From Candidatus Oxydemutatoraceae bacterium (lineage in GTDB: Bacteria > Pseudomonadota > Gammaproteobacteria > Poriferisulfidales > Oxydemutatoraceae): a DNA stretch of 64,000 nt. The position numbers and the translations under genes were made by a program. Numbering within the stretch: the first letter of the stretch is position 1; the number at the start of each line of letters is the position of its first letter. The notes below the pieces were generated by a model that saw nothing but the letters and a program-made list of their open reading frames with translations, did not search any database and was not told the DNA's origin. The stretch lies in contig OZ244779.1 of the NCBI GenBank assembly GCA_965219575.1, positions 1,196,769-1,260,768 on the forward strand, given 5' to 3'. Of this stretch, positions 1-15,000 are shown in pieces.

Positions 1-3000
1 CTAAACGATGTCGGCATGACGACGATTACGGTGACTGTGAGTTCCGGGTTTCGCTATCGCTTTGAATATATCATTAATGTGGATCGTCTACTTTTTTCAA
101 TTCCGATCAACAGCGAAGGTGAGCGTCTTGCCGATGCCGACGGCAACGGCTTGCTGGAAGTTAGGTCGGTGGAGCAGTTGGATGCGATGCGCTATCAACC
201 GGACGGTAGTGGTTATCGTGCGAGCGGGACGGTGAGCGAGATAAACAGCGGCTGCCCTCTCATCGTAGGTTGCACGGGTTATGAACTGGTAGCAGATTTA
301 GATTTTCTTACCGAGTCCAGCTACGACAACGCACAGCTTACGATGCCGTTATGGACGACCGGTGCCGGGTGGCAACCGATAGGCAGCCGGACAAATCCTT
401 TTACTGCCGGGTTTGTCTCTTCGGGTCGTACGATCTCAAATCTATCTATCCGCCGTCGCAGTGCCGATGATATTGGTTTATTCGGTGCCGTCCGCGGTGC
501 CGAAATTCGCGGTATCGGTTTAATCAATGTAGAGATTGCCGGCAATAACCGTGTCGGTGCATTGGTCGGTGTAGATCTAGGAGGAAATAGCCGAATCATC
601 AACAGCTATGCATCCGGTACGGTACGCGCTTTCGGCGACGATGCCGATGGCTTAGCCGGAGTCCACCGCGGTAATGCCGGTGGCTTGGTCGGAGTCTATC
701 GCGGTACTATCGTCAACAGCTTTGTAAGCGGCTTGGTGACCGCACCCGACGGTGCTGCCGGCGGATTAGTCGGTAGCTTATTGAGCGGCAATATCGACAA
801 CAGCTATGCCGGCGGTGCGGTGATAGGCAGGTTTGCCGGCGGCTTGGTCGGATCGATGCAAACCGCTGTCATCACCAACAGCTATGCGGCGGTTTCGATC
901 GGCGGTAATAGGGGAGGCGGTTTAGTCGGCATCGTTGCCCGTGGCGGCACATCGACGATTGATGATAGTTATGCGGTCGGTAGAAATAGTTCCGAAGATG
1001 CCAGAGGTTTGGCGAGCCAAGAGCAAGACGGCTTGCTCAGCGTCACCACTAGCTACTGGGATAGCGATGTCGCGAATGTTTCCACCAGCGACGGTGGTGG
1101 TAGCAGTCAGACCACCGCAAACCTTCGGCAGACTACCGGGAACACCGGAATCTATGCCGGCTGGTTGCCAAATCATTGGTGGTTCATGACTAACAGGCAG
1201 TACCCGAGGCTCAGATATGCCGGCGAATGTGATCAAATTGGTATTAGTGAAAGAACGAGACCGGGTTGCGGTGATCTATTGCCCGGACAATATACCGGTT
1301 TGATGGACTTGACATTTTCGCAGGAAGTTCTGAATCTGCAGCCACAGTTTAACCCGAGGCTATTCGATTATGCGCTGACGCTGAAAGCCGGCGAGACGCA
1401 ATTCACAATGACACCGACTTGGTATAACAACCACCAAGCTGCGATCAGCGATACCGGCGGCACGAATTCGTCGCAGAGAGTGAACAGCGGTCAAGAGTCC
1501 GCTGCAATCACGGTGCCGGTGAGCGGGCTGAACATAATGGTGCGTGCCACCGGTACTACGATTATCAATACCGAAGACGAAAACCTAGTATATCGTATAC
1601 GAGTCACCCACCATCCCTATTTAACGCTAAGCGATGTAGATGAGGACGACGACGGCTTGATAGAAGTGCGCGATTTAAGAGATTTGAATGCGATGCGCTA
1701 TCAGCTGGACGGTAGCGGCTATAGAGCGTCGACCGCAACCGAAAAGATTAGCGTAGGTTGTCCCTTATCAATCGGCTGTATCGGCTACGAGTTGGTGACG
1801 AGCATCGACTTCGCGGGTAGAAATTGGAATCCCATAGGAGCGAGCGGTGCCGGTGGCTTTAGTTGTGATCATCCGACGAGCGAGTGTTTTGCGGCGATAT
1901 TCGACGGTAACCGAGATTTGGGTTATGAAATTTCCAATTTGAGTATAGCCGCATCCGATGCCGACAATGTCGGACTATTCGCTTATTTAGCTGCCGAAGC
2001 CGGGGTTAGAAATCTCGTTTTATCGAATGTATCGCTACAAGGCAGCGAGGGTGTCGGTGGCATCGCCGGCTATAGTGCCGGGACTCTGGAGAATAACGGG
2101 TTTGACGGTACGGTGGTCGGCAAAGCCTACCTAGGCGGTGTCGTCGGCTATAACGACGGCCTTATCAGAGAGAATTTTGCCGATGTCGTGGTCGGTGGAG
2201 ACACCTCGGGCGAGAACGACAACATCGGTGGTTTGGTCGGTTATAACACCGATAGGATCTTCAACAGCTATGCGATCGGCAGCGTATCGGGTGACAACAA
2301 TGTCGGTGGTTTGGTCGGTCGTAGCGAGCGTGGCGGTTATATTATCAACAGCCATGCAAACAATCGTGTGTCGGGTATAAATTATATCGGTGGTTTGGTC
2401 GGGCGCAACGGCGACAATTCAAGAATTTTTAGTAGTTATGCTTTGGGTGAAGTTTCGGGTAGCACCGGGGTCGGTGGTTTGGTCGGTTTGAATTTCGGTA
2501 TACTACAGGATACCTACGCAAGCGGTAATATCGTCGCAAGCGATAGGGTCGGCGGTTTGGTCGGCGATAACCGTAATGCTAACAATAATGCAATCGTCAA
2601 TAGTTATGCTATCGGACGAGTGCGAGGTGATAGCGAAGTCGGTGGTTTGATCGGCTACAACACCGGCACCGGCAACATCACCGATAGTTATTGGGATATC
2701 AACACGAGCGGACTCACGCAAAGTGCCGGTGGCAGCGGTCAACCCACCTCTGAATTACGCGGCGACATAATAGGTTTGGGCGGTTTAAACGATAGTATCT
2801 TTATTCGTTGGGATTTGGCGCGATGGCAATCCTTTGGAGGTCAATATCCGATACTCAAATATGCAGAATACACTATCGACGGCAGTCGGACATGTCGCGT
2901 GGTTGACTCCATAATATTACAACAAAGCCCGGAACGAGTGCCCGCCGACTTGGCAATATGCGGTCGGAGCACTAATGTATCTCAACCTCGAACATTCCAG

Positions 3001-6000
3001 AGCTACGGTTTGAACAGTTTGCTTAGTTTAGGAATTCCGCAGTTGTCGCCGCAATTTTCACCGACTAGGTTGCGTTATCGGGTTGATGTAGAGTTTGACG
3101 AAGAGGTTGAGAGAACGCGGTTGCTGTTATTATTACCGACTGCTGCGGATCCCGATGCGATCATCGATATTGCCTATAACGGAGAGCAAAGCACCGTTGA
3201 CAGCGGTGCCATCGCGGAAATCATGCTGGATCCGGCAAGCGAGGATGATGTTATTATCACCGTGCGAACCCCGAGTCCGGACACCCGGTCCAACCCTAAA
3301 TCGGTCGTTGAATATGTGCTGGAGCTCGATTATTTTGTCGTCGATCTCTCCAGAGAGATAGCAATTGCCGTGAATCGAGAAGCCGATGCCGACGGCGACG
3401 GTTTGATAGAGATCAATTATCTGGAGGATTTGGATGCGGTGCGCAACGATGTCGACGGCACGGTTTATCGCTACACATTTCCCAATGGTATATCGGTACG
3501 GAGTGCAACGGGTTGTCCCACGACCCCGACTGTCGCTTGTCGGGGCTACGAGCTGATGAGAGATTTGGATTTTCTCGATCCCGACAGCTATCTCTCGGGC
3601 ACGGTGAACCTCGACTGGGTGAATCGCTGGGATCCTATAGCCAACACCAGGAATTTCGAATGTATCCAAAGCGACAACAGCCCTAGCCCTTGTTTCAACG
3701 GAATCTTCGACGGCAACGGTTATACCATTCATAATCTGCGTATCGGTGCCGATGTCGGTAAAGACGCAGCAGGTTTGTTTCATTCCATAGGTCCGAGTGG
3801 GCGCGTTAGCAATCTGAATTTAAGAAATGTTACGATTGAAAATTTGGCACCGAGGACGGTTCAAGTCGGTAGCTTGGCAGGTACGAACGAAGGCACTATT
3901 TCCAATACCCGTGTAATCAACGGCAAGATTTTAATAGACCAACCCCCGGTCATGGTATCCCAAAATACTGTGACTGAGAATAGACGAGGTGTCGGTGGCT
4001 TGGTCGGTACCAATGAAGTAGGCGGCATTATCCGATATAGTTCGGCACATATCGATGTTTCAACCGTGGAATTACGGACCGGCGGATTGGTAGGTAACAG
4101 CAGAATAAGAGGAAGGATACTTAACAGTTACGCAATCGGTACGGTGACGGGAGATAACATAGGTGGTTTGGTGGGAATTCGAAGCGGTGCGAATAATGTC
4201 GTTGAAAATAATTATGCGATGGTTAAATTAAACATAATCGGTGAACAGGACGATTTCAGTGGTACAATCGGCGGCATAAGCGGCTTTGATAGTCAGAGCA
4301 CGAATCCTCCGGTCAAAAATAGTTATGTAGCCGGTGAGTTCGTCAATAGCTCGGAGTTGGCTTCAAATCGGTTTGTTCTAAACCAATTTGATTTTTCCAG
4401 AGCAGGATTAGGTGGCGGAAGACGTATATTCTTTGACGAATTAGCCGCGGGATTTGGAACGGCTCCGGAAAATAGTTACTGGGATCAAAACTTCAACGAC
4501 AACAAGATTCGCCGCCTGACTGAAAGACGTCTGACTATTGACAGGCGTCGGACGACTGCGGAATTACAAATGCCGATCGCACCGGGGATGACGCAGAATG
4601 ATGTGTATTACCTATGGAGTGTGGCTCATTGGGATTTCGGCACCGATACGCAGTATCCTACGCTGAGAGCTGCCAACGGTGATTTGGCACCCGAGGTATG
4701 GGATATGTTGGTAGACGATATCGCACCGACAAGAGTGCTGATATTGAGCGACGAGGACATGTTCGATCAATTCATTTTCAGAGGGCGACAGCTGATAGTC
4801 GACGGCAATCGTCTGCTTGAGCCGATTACGCTTAACACGGATCCTGTCGTTGCCGACATTGCAGTTGAGATCTACTGCGACCGCTTCCGTTGTCTGTTGG
4901 CAGACCGCGGCGATAGTACCTCGGTTATTTTAGGCACTACCGATACCCGACAGATTAGGTTCACCGCCCGTCGTGGCAACCGAGTGTCGGATTATAATTT
5001 CGATGTTGCCTACGATGAATTGTTCCTAAACAATGTCGATAACATTCGCGTAGACGAAGGCGATACCTTCGATGTGATCGGTGACTACCCGGATAACTTA
5101 GGGCTCGGCACGATGCCGAATTTCACGATTAAATGGTCGCAAATAGCGGGTCCGACCATAGACATTGTCAATACTGATCGCTTAAACCTCGGGTTAAGAC
5201 CGCAGGTAAATGTGGTGGCCGAGAGTACCGACCATAGCATCTTCACATTTAGGCTGGAAGTCGGCATCGGAGATCAAGTACATATCGTTAGAGACATATC
5301 GGCGCGTATCAACAAGGTCAACAATGCACCGCCTACCGGAAGCCTCGCACTTCAGTTGGATGATAATAGGGATAGGGGAATAAGATTCGTAGTATTATCG
5401 CCACCGACCGATATAGACGGTGGCCTCGGTCCGGCTATGCTACAATTTCAAAGGCGTCTCGTCGTCGACGATAGAAGCGGGATTTGGAATGACATTCAAC
5501 TGCCGGAATCGTCTCCCGGCTCCGATCTCTATACCGCGCCGCTTGAATCCGGAAATTATGAATATCGTGTCGTTGCCTTTTATCGAGACGGACAGGGTTA
5601 TAGCGAATCGTTAATAACGAATTCGGTCACAATCATTTCAACCGTTGACCCCGACGGCGACTTTATTTTCAATGACCCCGACATAGACGACGACAACAAC
5701 GGGCTGATAGAAATCCACTGCTTGGAAGACCTCAACAGGGTGCGCTATGAGTTGGACGGCAGAGGTTATAAGGACAGCGACGATGGCGATCTCAATACCA
5801 CCGGTTGCCCGGTTGGTGGTTGTATCGGCTACGAGTTGGTGCAGAACCTCGATTTCGAGGACGATGCAAGCTACTGTACATCGGATACGGATACGACTGC
5901 GCGCGACGCACTCAAGGCTGCGTGGACGGTGGCGCAGGGCAATTTCGGAAATCCCAGAGATCTGAGCTGGCAACCGATAGGGGGTGTATTCAGCGCAGTG

Positions 6001-9000
6001 TTTGACGGGAATAACAACAAAATCTCAAATCTGCAAATAAATAGTAGCGTTCCAACAATACAAACAAATGTGGGTTTATTCTCCGTTATCGGTGCAAACG
6101 CAAAAGTTGAAAATCTGCGGCTTGAAGATGTTGCGATCAAAGGCTTCGTGGTTAGGAGAAACATAGGCGGCATCGCCGGCACTTTGCGCCGCGACGGCTT
6201 AGTTTTTAATAGTTATGTGACCGGTAATACCGACGGGAACAATACCGATAAAGTAATCTCGGGGGATTTGGGAATTATGGGGGGGTTGATCGGCTTGAAC
6301 CGAGGTAACATCCTCAATAGTTATGCACAAATTAATATACGCTTGGATGCGAGGAGCGGGACCCTACCACCGGTGACGAGTGATGTCAAGTTCGCCGGTG
6401 GATTGGTCGGTCAGAATAGCGGCGGCGGTAAGATTCTAAACAGCTATTATGCAAACGGAGAAGTCCTCGCACCTTGCGCTGTCGGTGGATTGGTCGGGGT
6501 TCAAAGATCCGAGAACCGGAATACGCTGTCGCTGACCAGCGAAATCAGAAATAGTTATGTCTTTGCTGCTAGGGTGCGACTGAACCGTGCCGAGTCTCGT
6601 TGCGGAAACTGGATCGACAATACCGTGTATGCCGGCGGGTTGGTCGGTTTTAGTGCCGATTCTCCCATTACCAATAGCTATGTAGGAAATGGGACCAGGG
6701 CATTTAGAGACGGCAATAGAAACACATGTTCTAGTAGTCAAATAGCACTCCAAAATTTCTCTGTAGACGGTGTTCCTATCACAAGAAATATTGCAATTCG
6801 TCTCGGCGGCTTTGCCGGGCGTATCAACAATGACGATATAACCCACGGTTATTGGGAATACAACGGTTATCAGTGTTCTAGTGATTCTACTAATAGATAC
6901 TATGGCTTAGCTGATTCGCCGCTCAGAGCTAGGCATGGCAATGACGAATTGATATTTGCTACAGCTCCGAATGCGGCACCGATAGACGGCCAATGTGAGG
7001 ATCTTAGAACCGGTGCACAGTATGATTGTACGACTTATACAAACTGGAGCACCGACGATTGGTTCTTCGGTGAGAGTGATGAATATCCGTCGATTAGACA
7101 CGCTGTCGGATTGGTTAGAAATAATCCGGGTTGCGATTTTGACGACACCACCTCACTGCCTAAATGTGGTGATTTATTGCTTGGCCAACCGCCCCACGAT
7201 AATGCACCCGACGAGTTAGAGGCACCTCTGCAGGTAGATATCCCGCCGCAAGCGAGAATTCGCTATGCCGTCGACGGCGACACCCTAACCGAACTAAACG
7301 CACCGAATACGATCACTATAGACGAGGGAGAGACCCTGACCCTGGATGCGTTGCGGAGCATCTCGGCAAATAATGCGCCTTTGAACTATTTATGGAGGCA
7401 GGCGAGCGGTCCAATGTTGTTGCTCGAACCGGTTGCCGGCACCGAGATCGAACTCGCTGCCGCCGATGATTTCGTAGCTGCCGATGCGGATAGCGCACAA
7501 GTTGTTATCTGGTTGGAACTCGGAGAGAGAAACAATCCCGATTTGTTCAAATTAGTAAGTATCACGCTGAATGTCATTAAACGCAACAGTCAAGGTAGCT
7601 TGACTGTCGATTGGTTGGGTGATGCAGTACTGTATTTATCCGAAATCAACGACCCCGACGGTGGTCCTTTCACCGATGTCGAGTATCAATGGCGCCGAGG
7701 AAGTGACGGAAGATTCGTCGATATCGGAGGTGCAAACGAATTGAGTTATAGAGTGCCACCGGAGGCTAGGGACGGTCGGTATCGTCTGCAAGTCGGGTAT
7801 ACCGACGGACAAGGTTATTTCAATCGCGTTTCCTTCGACGCACAACCGTACTCGACGATTGCCGATTTGGTCGATAAAGACCGAGACGGATTGATAGAGA
7901 TTTCTACGATAGAGCAACTGAGTGCCATCCGCCATCAACCCGACGGCAGCGGCTATAAAGCCGAAATGAACGGTGCATCCGATAGTAGCGGTTGTCCGGG
8001 CGGGACTTGTCGCGGTTACGAATTGGTTAGGAATTTGGATTTCGACGACCGCGCTAGTTATAGCAGTACTGCGACCGATGTGATAGAACAATGGGATAAT
8101 TGGAATGGAATTGATAATTTTAATACCGTTTTTGAAGGCAACGAATTGACGATTTCAAATCTAAAAATAATCGGCGAAGCGAATAGTTCGAATATAGGTC
8201 TGTTCGGTAGAACACTACAAGCGGCTGAAATTCGGAATATCAGCTTGGCACAAGCCAGTGTGCAGGGCGCAAACAGGGTGGGCATGCTCGCCGGTAATTT
8301 TACCGGTCGTGCGATTACCGACAGTCATGTGTTGAGTGGTGATGTCGTCGTAACCGGTGAAATCGGCGGTTGTTTGATCGGCCGTGCCGGCGGCAACGCG
8401 ACTATTAGTGATAGTTCGGTAAATTGTACGATAACCGGATACAATACCGTGGGTGGTTTGGTCGGTGAGAGTTCTGCAGGAATTGAGCGTAGCTTTGCAA
8501 CCGGTGCGGTTGTAGAATTGCCGCTATCCAATCTAAGCCGCACAATCGAGATCGGAGGATTGGTTGCCACCTTGCTCGATGGGCGTATCGAGGATAGCTA
8601 TGCAGCCGTTGATATACGAAGTCAAAGTACGAACAATTTGATCTTTTCCTCTTCGGGGGTCGGTGGCTTGGTCGGCCGGAGTGAGTTTGGTGCCTCGATT
8701 AACAATAGTTATGCGATAGGTGATGTAATCAATGTCGGAGATGCTCGTATCGATCTCGTAGGCGGCTTGGTCGGAGATGCAGGCGGTTCGATATCAAATA
8801 GTTATGCAACCGGCAATGTGGATGTATCGAGCGGCTTGCAAAGCCTCAATACGGGCGGTTTGGTCGGACGCCTCAACGCGACGACCGTTGATAATAGTTA
8901 TGCAAGCGGCGATGTAAAAGGATATAGAAATGTGGGCGGGTTGATCGGCTGGGTGAGAGACTCTAATTCGGGCATCAATAATAGCTATGCCAACGGTGCG

Positions 9001-12000
9001 GTTAGCGGGGATGCTCGAATAGGCGGCTTGGTCGGTAATGCAAACGGCGGTGGAATATCAAACAGTTATGCAATCGGCAACCTGAGCGGGCGAGCGGATG
9101 TCGGAGGCTTGGTCGGTATCGGATCTGCATCATTGCAAAACAGTTATTGGGACATTGACCGTAGCGGTACAACAAGCAGTGTTGTTGCAAGAGGCTTTGC
9201 ATCCGAAGTCCTTAAATCGGCAACTGCGCCAAGCATGACAGCAAACGGAGTGTATTACACCTGGAGTTCGGATAACTGGGATTTCGGTGTCGACACGCAG
9301 TATCCTGCCCTTAAATACAGAGACGCTAGTTGCGGAACTGCAACACCATCATCGAATTGCGGCGAGGTGTTGTTGCGTCAACGTCTCGGCTTGCGAGATA
9401 TACGATTAAGCCAACTAGGTGCAACGAGGCAGGCACAAATTGTTCCGACCTTCGATGCAACGATCGATAAGGAGGATCCCGATGCGACCGCGGTCAGAGA
9501 CTATAGATTATATGTGGACAGCAATGCCCTCGAATTTGGAATTAACGCGGTTGCAAATAGCCGCGACAGCGTCATCGCCGTGGACGGCGGTCCGGTATCG
9601 GCAGGCACGGTAGATTATTCGCCTGCTCTGGACTTTTCTACCACGACGGTGGTGAAAATACTGGTGTCCGAACCGTACGAGATTGAAGGCAAGGAAAACC
9701 TCAAAGTTGAATATCGTTTAACGCTCAATGCTTTCCCGATGGTCGACGACATTCAATATCAAGCGGCACTAGATCCGCAATCGGCACCGCTAAATGCTTC
9801 GGTGCCGATAAGGGAAGGCCACTTTATAGTTTTGACTAGCCGGGTGTCGGATATCAACGGTAACGATTTGAGCTACCGGTGGACGGTGGATAGAACTCAA
9901 GTATCACTTTTGGACGAATCTACGCTCGTCGGCACCGTCGTAGGCGGTTCGGGTAATATCATTCTTCCGTTCTATTTGACCGATGATTTCGTCGCCGCAG
10001 ATCGCTCTCAAGAGATGGTGCGTGTGTCGTTGACGGTTCAAGATTCCGAAGGCATCAGCATGACCGAGGAACTGTCGTTGCCGGTGATGAAACACAACAA
10101 CGGCACAATCGGTGGAATCAGCACACCTACGCAGATAGGCTTCACTTATACTGCCCCGACCGTCACTGCGACGCAGTTGGCCGAGGACCCCGACCGGGGA
10201 GGTGATATCGATAGCATCGGCTATCAATGGCAGCGGCAGTTCGAGGGTATTTGGTCGGATATTGCCGGTGAGACCGATCTAAGGTATACCGTAGGCGGCT
10301 TTATTGCCGATTTCTATCGGGTGATCATAAGCTATACCGACGGTCAAGGCTATAGAGTTGAGGTGCCGTCGGCACCGGCGCGAGCCTCGTCGGGTTTGTT
10401 GTTGAGAGCACTACCCGGAGCCGAAACCACTGCAATAGGAGGAGTTCTTATCCTCTTCAACGCAGAGAATTTAAGGGAAGCCGAAGGTGATATGCGAGCG
10501 GGTTTCTTCATAGATACGACAAGCTATACCGTCCCTACCGAAACCGACCAAATCACGCTTACAGTAGCATCCGCAGACTCCGTTGTAAGCGTAAACGGTA
10601 TGCCCAGAGGGAGATCCTTTGACATTTCCCTTCCGCTCAATTTCGGCAATAATGTGATTACCGTTCAATGGCAAGATGAAGACGACAATCCGATAACCTA
10701 TGAGATAACCGTCCGCCGTGCATACAATACGACGCTACAAAGCTGGCGCATTGCCTGGCAAGGGCAAACTGCGATAGATTTTACCGCAACACCGCCGCAG
10801 CCGGATACCGACCATATATTATCGGAGTTCATCCCCAACAACATTCAAACCGTATCGGTGTCCGCACGGATATCCGAAGCGGTGAATATTGCCATTGATT
10901 TGAACGAAGACAATGTCGGCAATGTTAGCACCGGCACCTCGACCGAGGCCGGCGCGGTTGTGGCGCAAGCGACGGTCGCCGGCTTAGTCTTAGGGGAGAA
11001 TACCATTCGCTTTGTTATATCGTCTCCGGACGGCTTGCAGAGTGAGGAATATACCGCAACAGTCTGGCGCAGATATAATGCTCAGCTGGAAGCCTTAACT
11101 ACGAGTGCTACGGAGGAGCAACTCTTGCCGTCATTTGATTCCGAAACAACCGAATATTCGGCACGCACCGCCAACCACCGTGCATCCGAGCGGATCGATT
11201 TTAGCGGGGCAGCAGGGACAACGGTCGTCGTTAACGATGTGGCAAGAGCTTCCACATCTACGCTACCTCTGCGCATAGGCGATAACACCGCCGAGCTGAT
11301 AGTGATGGCACCGCGTGAACGAGATACGACTTACACGGTTATCGTCCACCGTGAATATAGCCTGAATCTGCGCAGCCTCGGTTTGGCGAATGCAGTGGAA
11401 TTAGTACCGACACTTGTTCCTACGGGAGATAGATATATCACGGAAAATCGATATACCGCAACGGTTCCCGATACGACGACGCAAGTTACGGTGACATTCG
11501 CAACCGACCTAGGCATAGGGTCGCTTCTGAGTGCGCCCATCCAGCCGGTGATTACCGAGAATACGATACGCAACAACGATGCCGACGATCGGATAGAGAC
11601 CACCGCATCGGTGCCGTTGAACTTCGACGAAAATCGTATTTTACTAACGACTTCGGCACTCGGAGAGCAACGTGTTACCACGATTACGGTTACCCGACTC
11701 AGAGGTAAAAATCCCGATTTGCAGCCGCAGCCCGCCGGTTTGGTTCCCGAGACGGCGGATTCTATAAGCTACGATGAAGATACTCGACGCTATACCATCG
11801 ATGTCCCCAATCGTATTGCCGACCTTCGGCTGACCTTGAGACCGCAGGATCCGAATGTTTCTAGTATTACTCTGGGCAATACATCACTGGATTTGAGTGG
11901 CCTGAATAGACAACTGGATCTGAGTAGCCTGAGAGACACCGGTTCGGTTAACGGAATTATTTCCGGCTTGATAGAAGGCGGGGCGGTTGAAGTAGGACTG

Positions 12001-15000
12001 AAAATAATCGCACACGACGGGATCAATTCGCAGACCTATACGGTGACAGTCAATCGTGCATTGAGTAGCAACGACAACCTCGATTATGTGCAACTTAGTC
12101 AATTTAATGAAGGACAAGACTCCGCCGCTGTTTCGTTTAGGATAGACAGCGGACAGTTTATCGAACTATTGTCGCAGCAGTCTCTTCGCAACGAGGTGGA
12201 TAGAATCAGATTGAACCCGACAACCGAGCGCAGAGATGCAAACGTTAAAATTACCAAAGTCGGGGATACACCCGAAATCGTCTACTTTAATGCAGAAGGT
12301 AGCGGTATCACTCCGAGCGACTTCATCAATCTGGATTTGGGACGAAACGATATTAGAATTAAAGTAACCGCACCCGATAGAATAACATCGACTACCTATA
12401 CGCTGAGCATAACTCGCAACCTGAGCGACAATACCGAATTGGAAACAGCCCCCAGTGTTTCGGGTAATCCGGCGCGGTTGGTGCGGCGAGGCGTGTATAT
12501 CGCCGAGCTCGATAGAGGTACGACGAGCTTTTCCGTAGAGGCGACGGCCTTACATCCGAGCGCGACGGTGACGATTACAACTGCGACGGTGACGATTGAT
12601 AACCTTATCAACGCCGATCGTAGCACACGCATATCCGATATCCCCATAAGTGTCGATATGTCCGAGCAGGAGTTTGCCATATTCGTGCTGGCGCAGAACC
12701 AAATGAGCAGCCAATCTTATGTCTTGACGGTAAGACTTATCGAGAGTTCGGATGCGAACTTGGCTTCGCTGAGCGTGGAGCGTGCCAGCCCGAGTAATAT
12801 AGCCTTGGATGACAACGAAAATGTATATCGAACAACCTTACCTGAGAATATATCGGCTACGACTGTAACCGCGGTTGCGAACGATCGATTTGCAACGGTG
12901 AAAATTACAGAAAACGGCAGATCAATTGGGTCGAGAGGCCAAGAGGCAATAGGAAGGATTTTCATATTCGACACCGGTGTCAGTAGAACTTTGCAGATTG
13001 AAGTGACCGCGCAGGATGATACGGTAAGAACTTATACCTTGACTATTACTCGTGCAGAAAGTAGCAATAATTGTTTGCAGGCTCTGACGATTCTAAACAG
13101 CGCAGATAATAGCCGTGCAGCGGGTAGGACCCTCGGTAGCTGCGACGATACCAATCCATCTTTTAATGTAGCCAATTCGGTGGCACAAATATTAGTCCGA
13201 CCGACCGCCGAAGACAGCCGCCGTGCAACTATCGAAGTGCGTGCGCCGGGCGACACCGTCGGCGAGCAGGTGCGACGCGGTGCAAATAGCACTAGACCGA
13301 TAGCGGTGCCCGAAGGCGGCACAACGACGTTTACGATCGTAGTGACCGCCCAAAACGGCGAGACCCGATCTTATACCGTGGCGGTGAATCGCGCCGCAAG
13401 TTCGAATGCCGATTTGAGTGATTTGCGGTTAGTCGATATAAACAATGCGAACTTACTGCCGAACTTTGATCCTACGAGCAGAACACAGGTCTATAGGTTC
13501 GGGGTTCCGAATACCACCACCGGCACCAGAGTGACTGCCACGGCCCATCCGAGAGCAGTGATAAGGGTCGATATAGACGGTGTGGAGGATACCACCACCG
13601 CCACCGGCACGATTGACAGTGAGTTCGATTTGGAAGAGGCCGAAGTAGAAAAACGGATTCGTATTGTGGTTACTTCCCAAGACCGCAATAACATCCGAGG
13701 CTACACCGTGTTCGTTACGCGTGCCGAAGCCGATTCAACGAATGCAAACTTAGCAAGCATTGCGATTTCGTTGAATAACAATGTGCGTACGCCTTTGTTC
13801 ACATTGACATCACCCGACGAGGGTACAACCGCAACCTATTCGGCGCGTATCATGGGGACAGCCGAGCGTGAAGTCCAGACTATAGAGCAAATCATCGTAT
13901 CGCCGCGTGCCGAAGACGGAGGTGCGACGATTAGTATAGACGGAGATGCAGAGGTATCTATGCCCGATGCGCAGGTCACGCTCGATGCCGAATTGGATGC
14001 ACCGGAGGAGCAACCCATAGCCATTAAAGTGACTGCCGGTGATAAGACTACATCTGCGGTGTATAGCTTGCAAATAACCCGAGTGAGCAGTGCGGATGTG
14101 GGTTTTGCAACTGTCGTTGTCGGGGGTGCCGAACTGGATATCGACGATCGTTCAACCCGATATACGGCAAGTATAGGAGAGCGTACGACGAATACCATCG
14201 TGTCCGTAAGAACAAGACATTCGCAGGCGACAATGGAAATCACTTTAGGCAGTGATACCGTTTCTACCGGAAATCGTGCGAGCAGACTTGTTGTTATCGA
14301 CGATACCGGCGGCAGGGAATCTTTGCAGATCAAAGTGATTGCCCAAAACGGCATGACGAGCCGAACTTATACCGTCGAAGTGAATCGCGACCGCAGTAGC
14401 GATACGAGCTTGGCGAGTATCATCGTGGGTAATACTTCTGCAACGGTGGTGGACAATAGAACCTATACGGCAACCCTAAATCAGAATACATCGAGGACGA
14501 CCGTAACCGTAACCGCCAATAGCACGCACGCGACGACGGTGATCAGCGAAGGCGGGTCTTCTACGCGTGGCAGACAGCGGGTGAGTAGAGGGCTCACTAT
14601 CGCCGATCCCGGAGATAGCAAGGAATTACAGATTCGTATCACCGCACAAAGCGGCGCAGTGCAAACATATAGATTGACGGTAGAACGAGAGCAAAGCACC
14701 GACGACCGTCTCTATGAATTGGCGTTGCTACCGTCGTCGGGCAGACCCGTGCGGATAATCACTAGACCGACTACGACGACCGAACATCAACGGCAGTTTG
14801 ATTTCGGGGTGACCGGTATCAGGGTGCAAGCGTTTGCACATCCGAATGCCGATAAGATAGAAGTATTTGCACCGGGAAGCGATGCCGGCGAAGAGATAGC
14901 GCAGGGCGGTGTCAGTTCTTTAATCCCGTTGACCGAAGGTGAGCCTTCGGTGATTAGGATTTTGGTGACCGCACAAGACGGTGAGACGACTAGACCTTAT

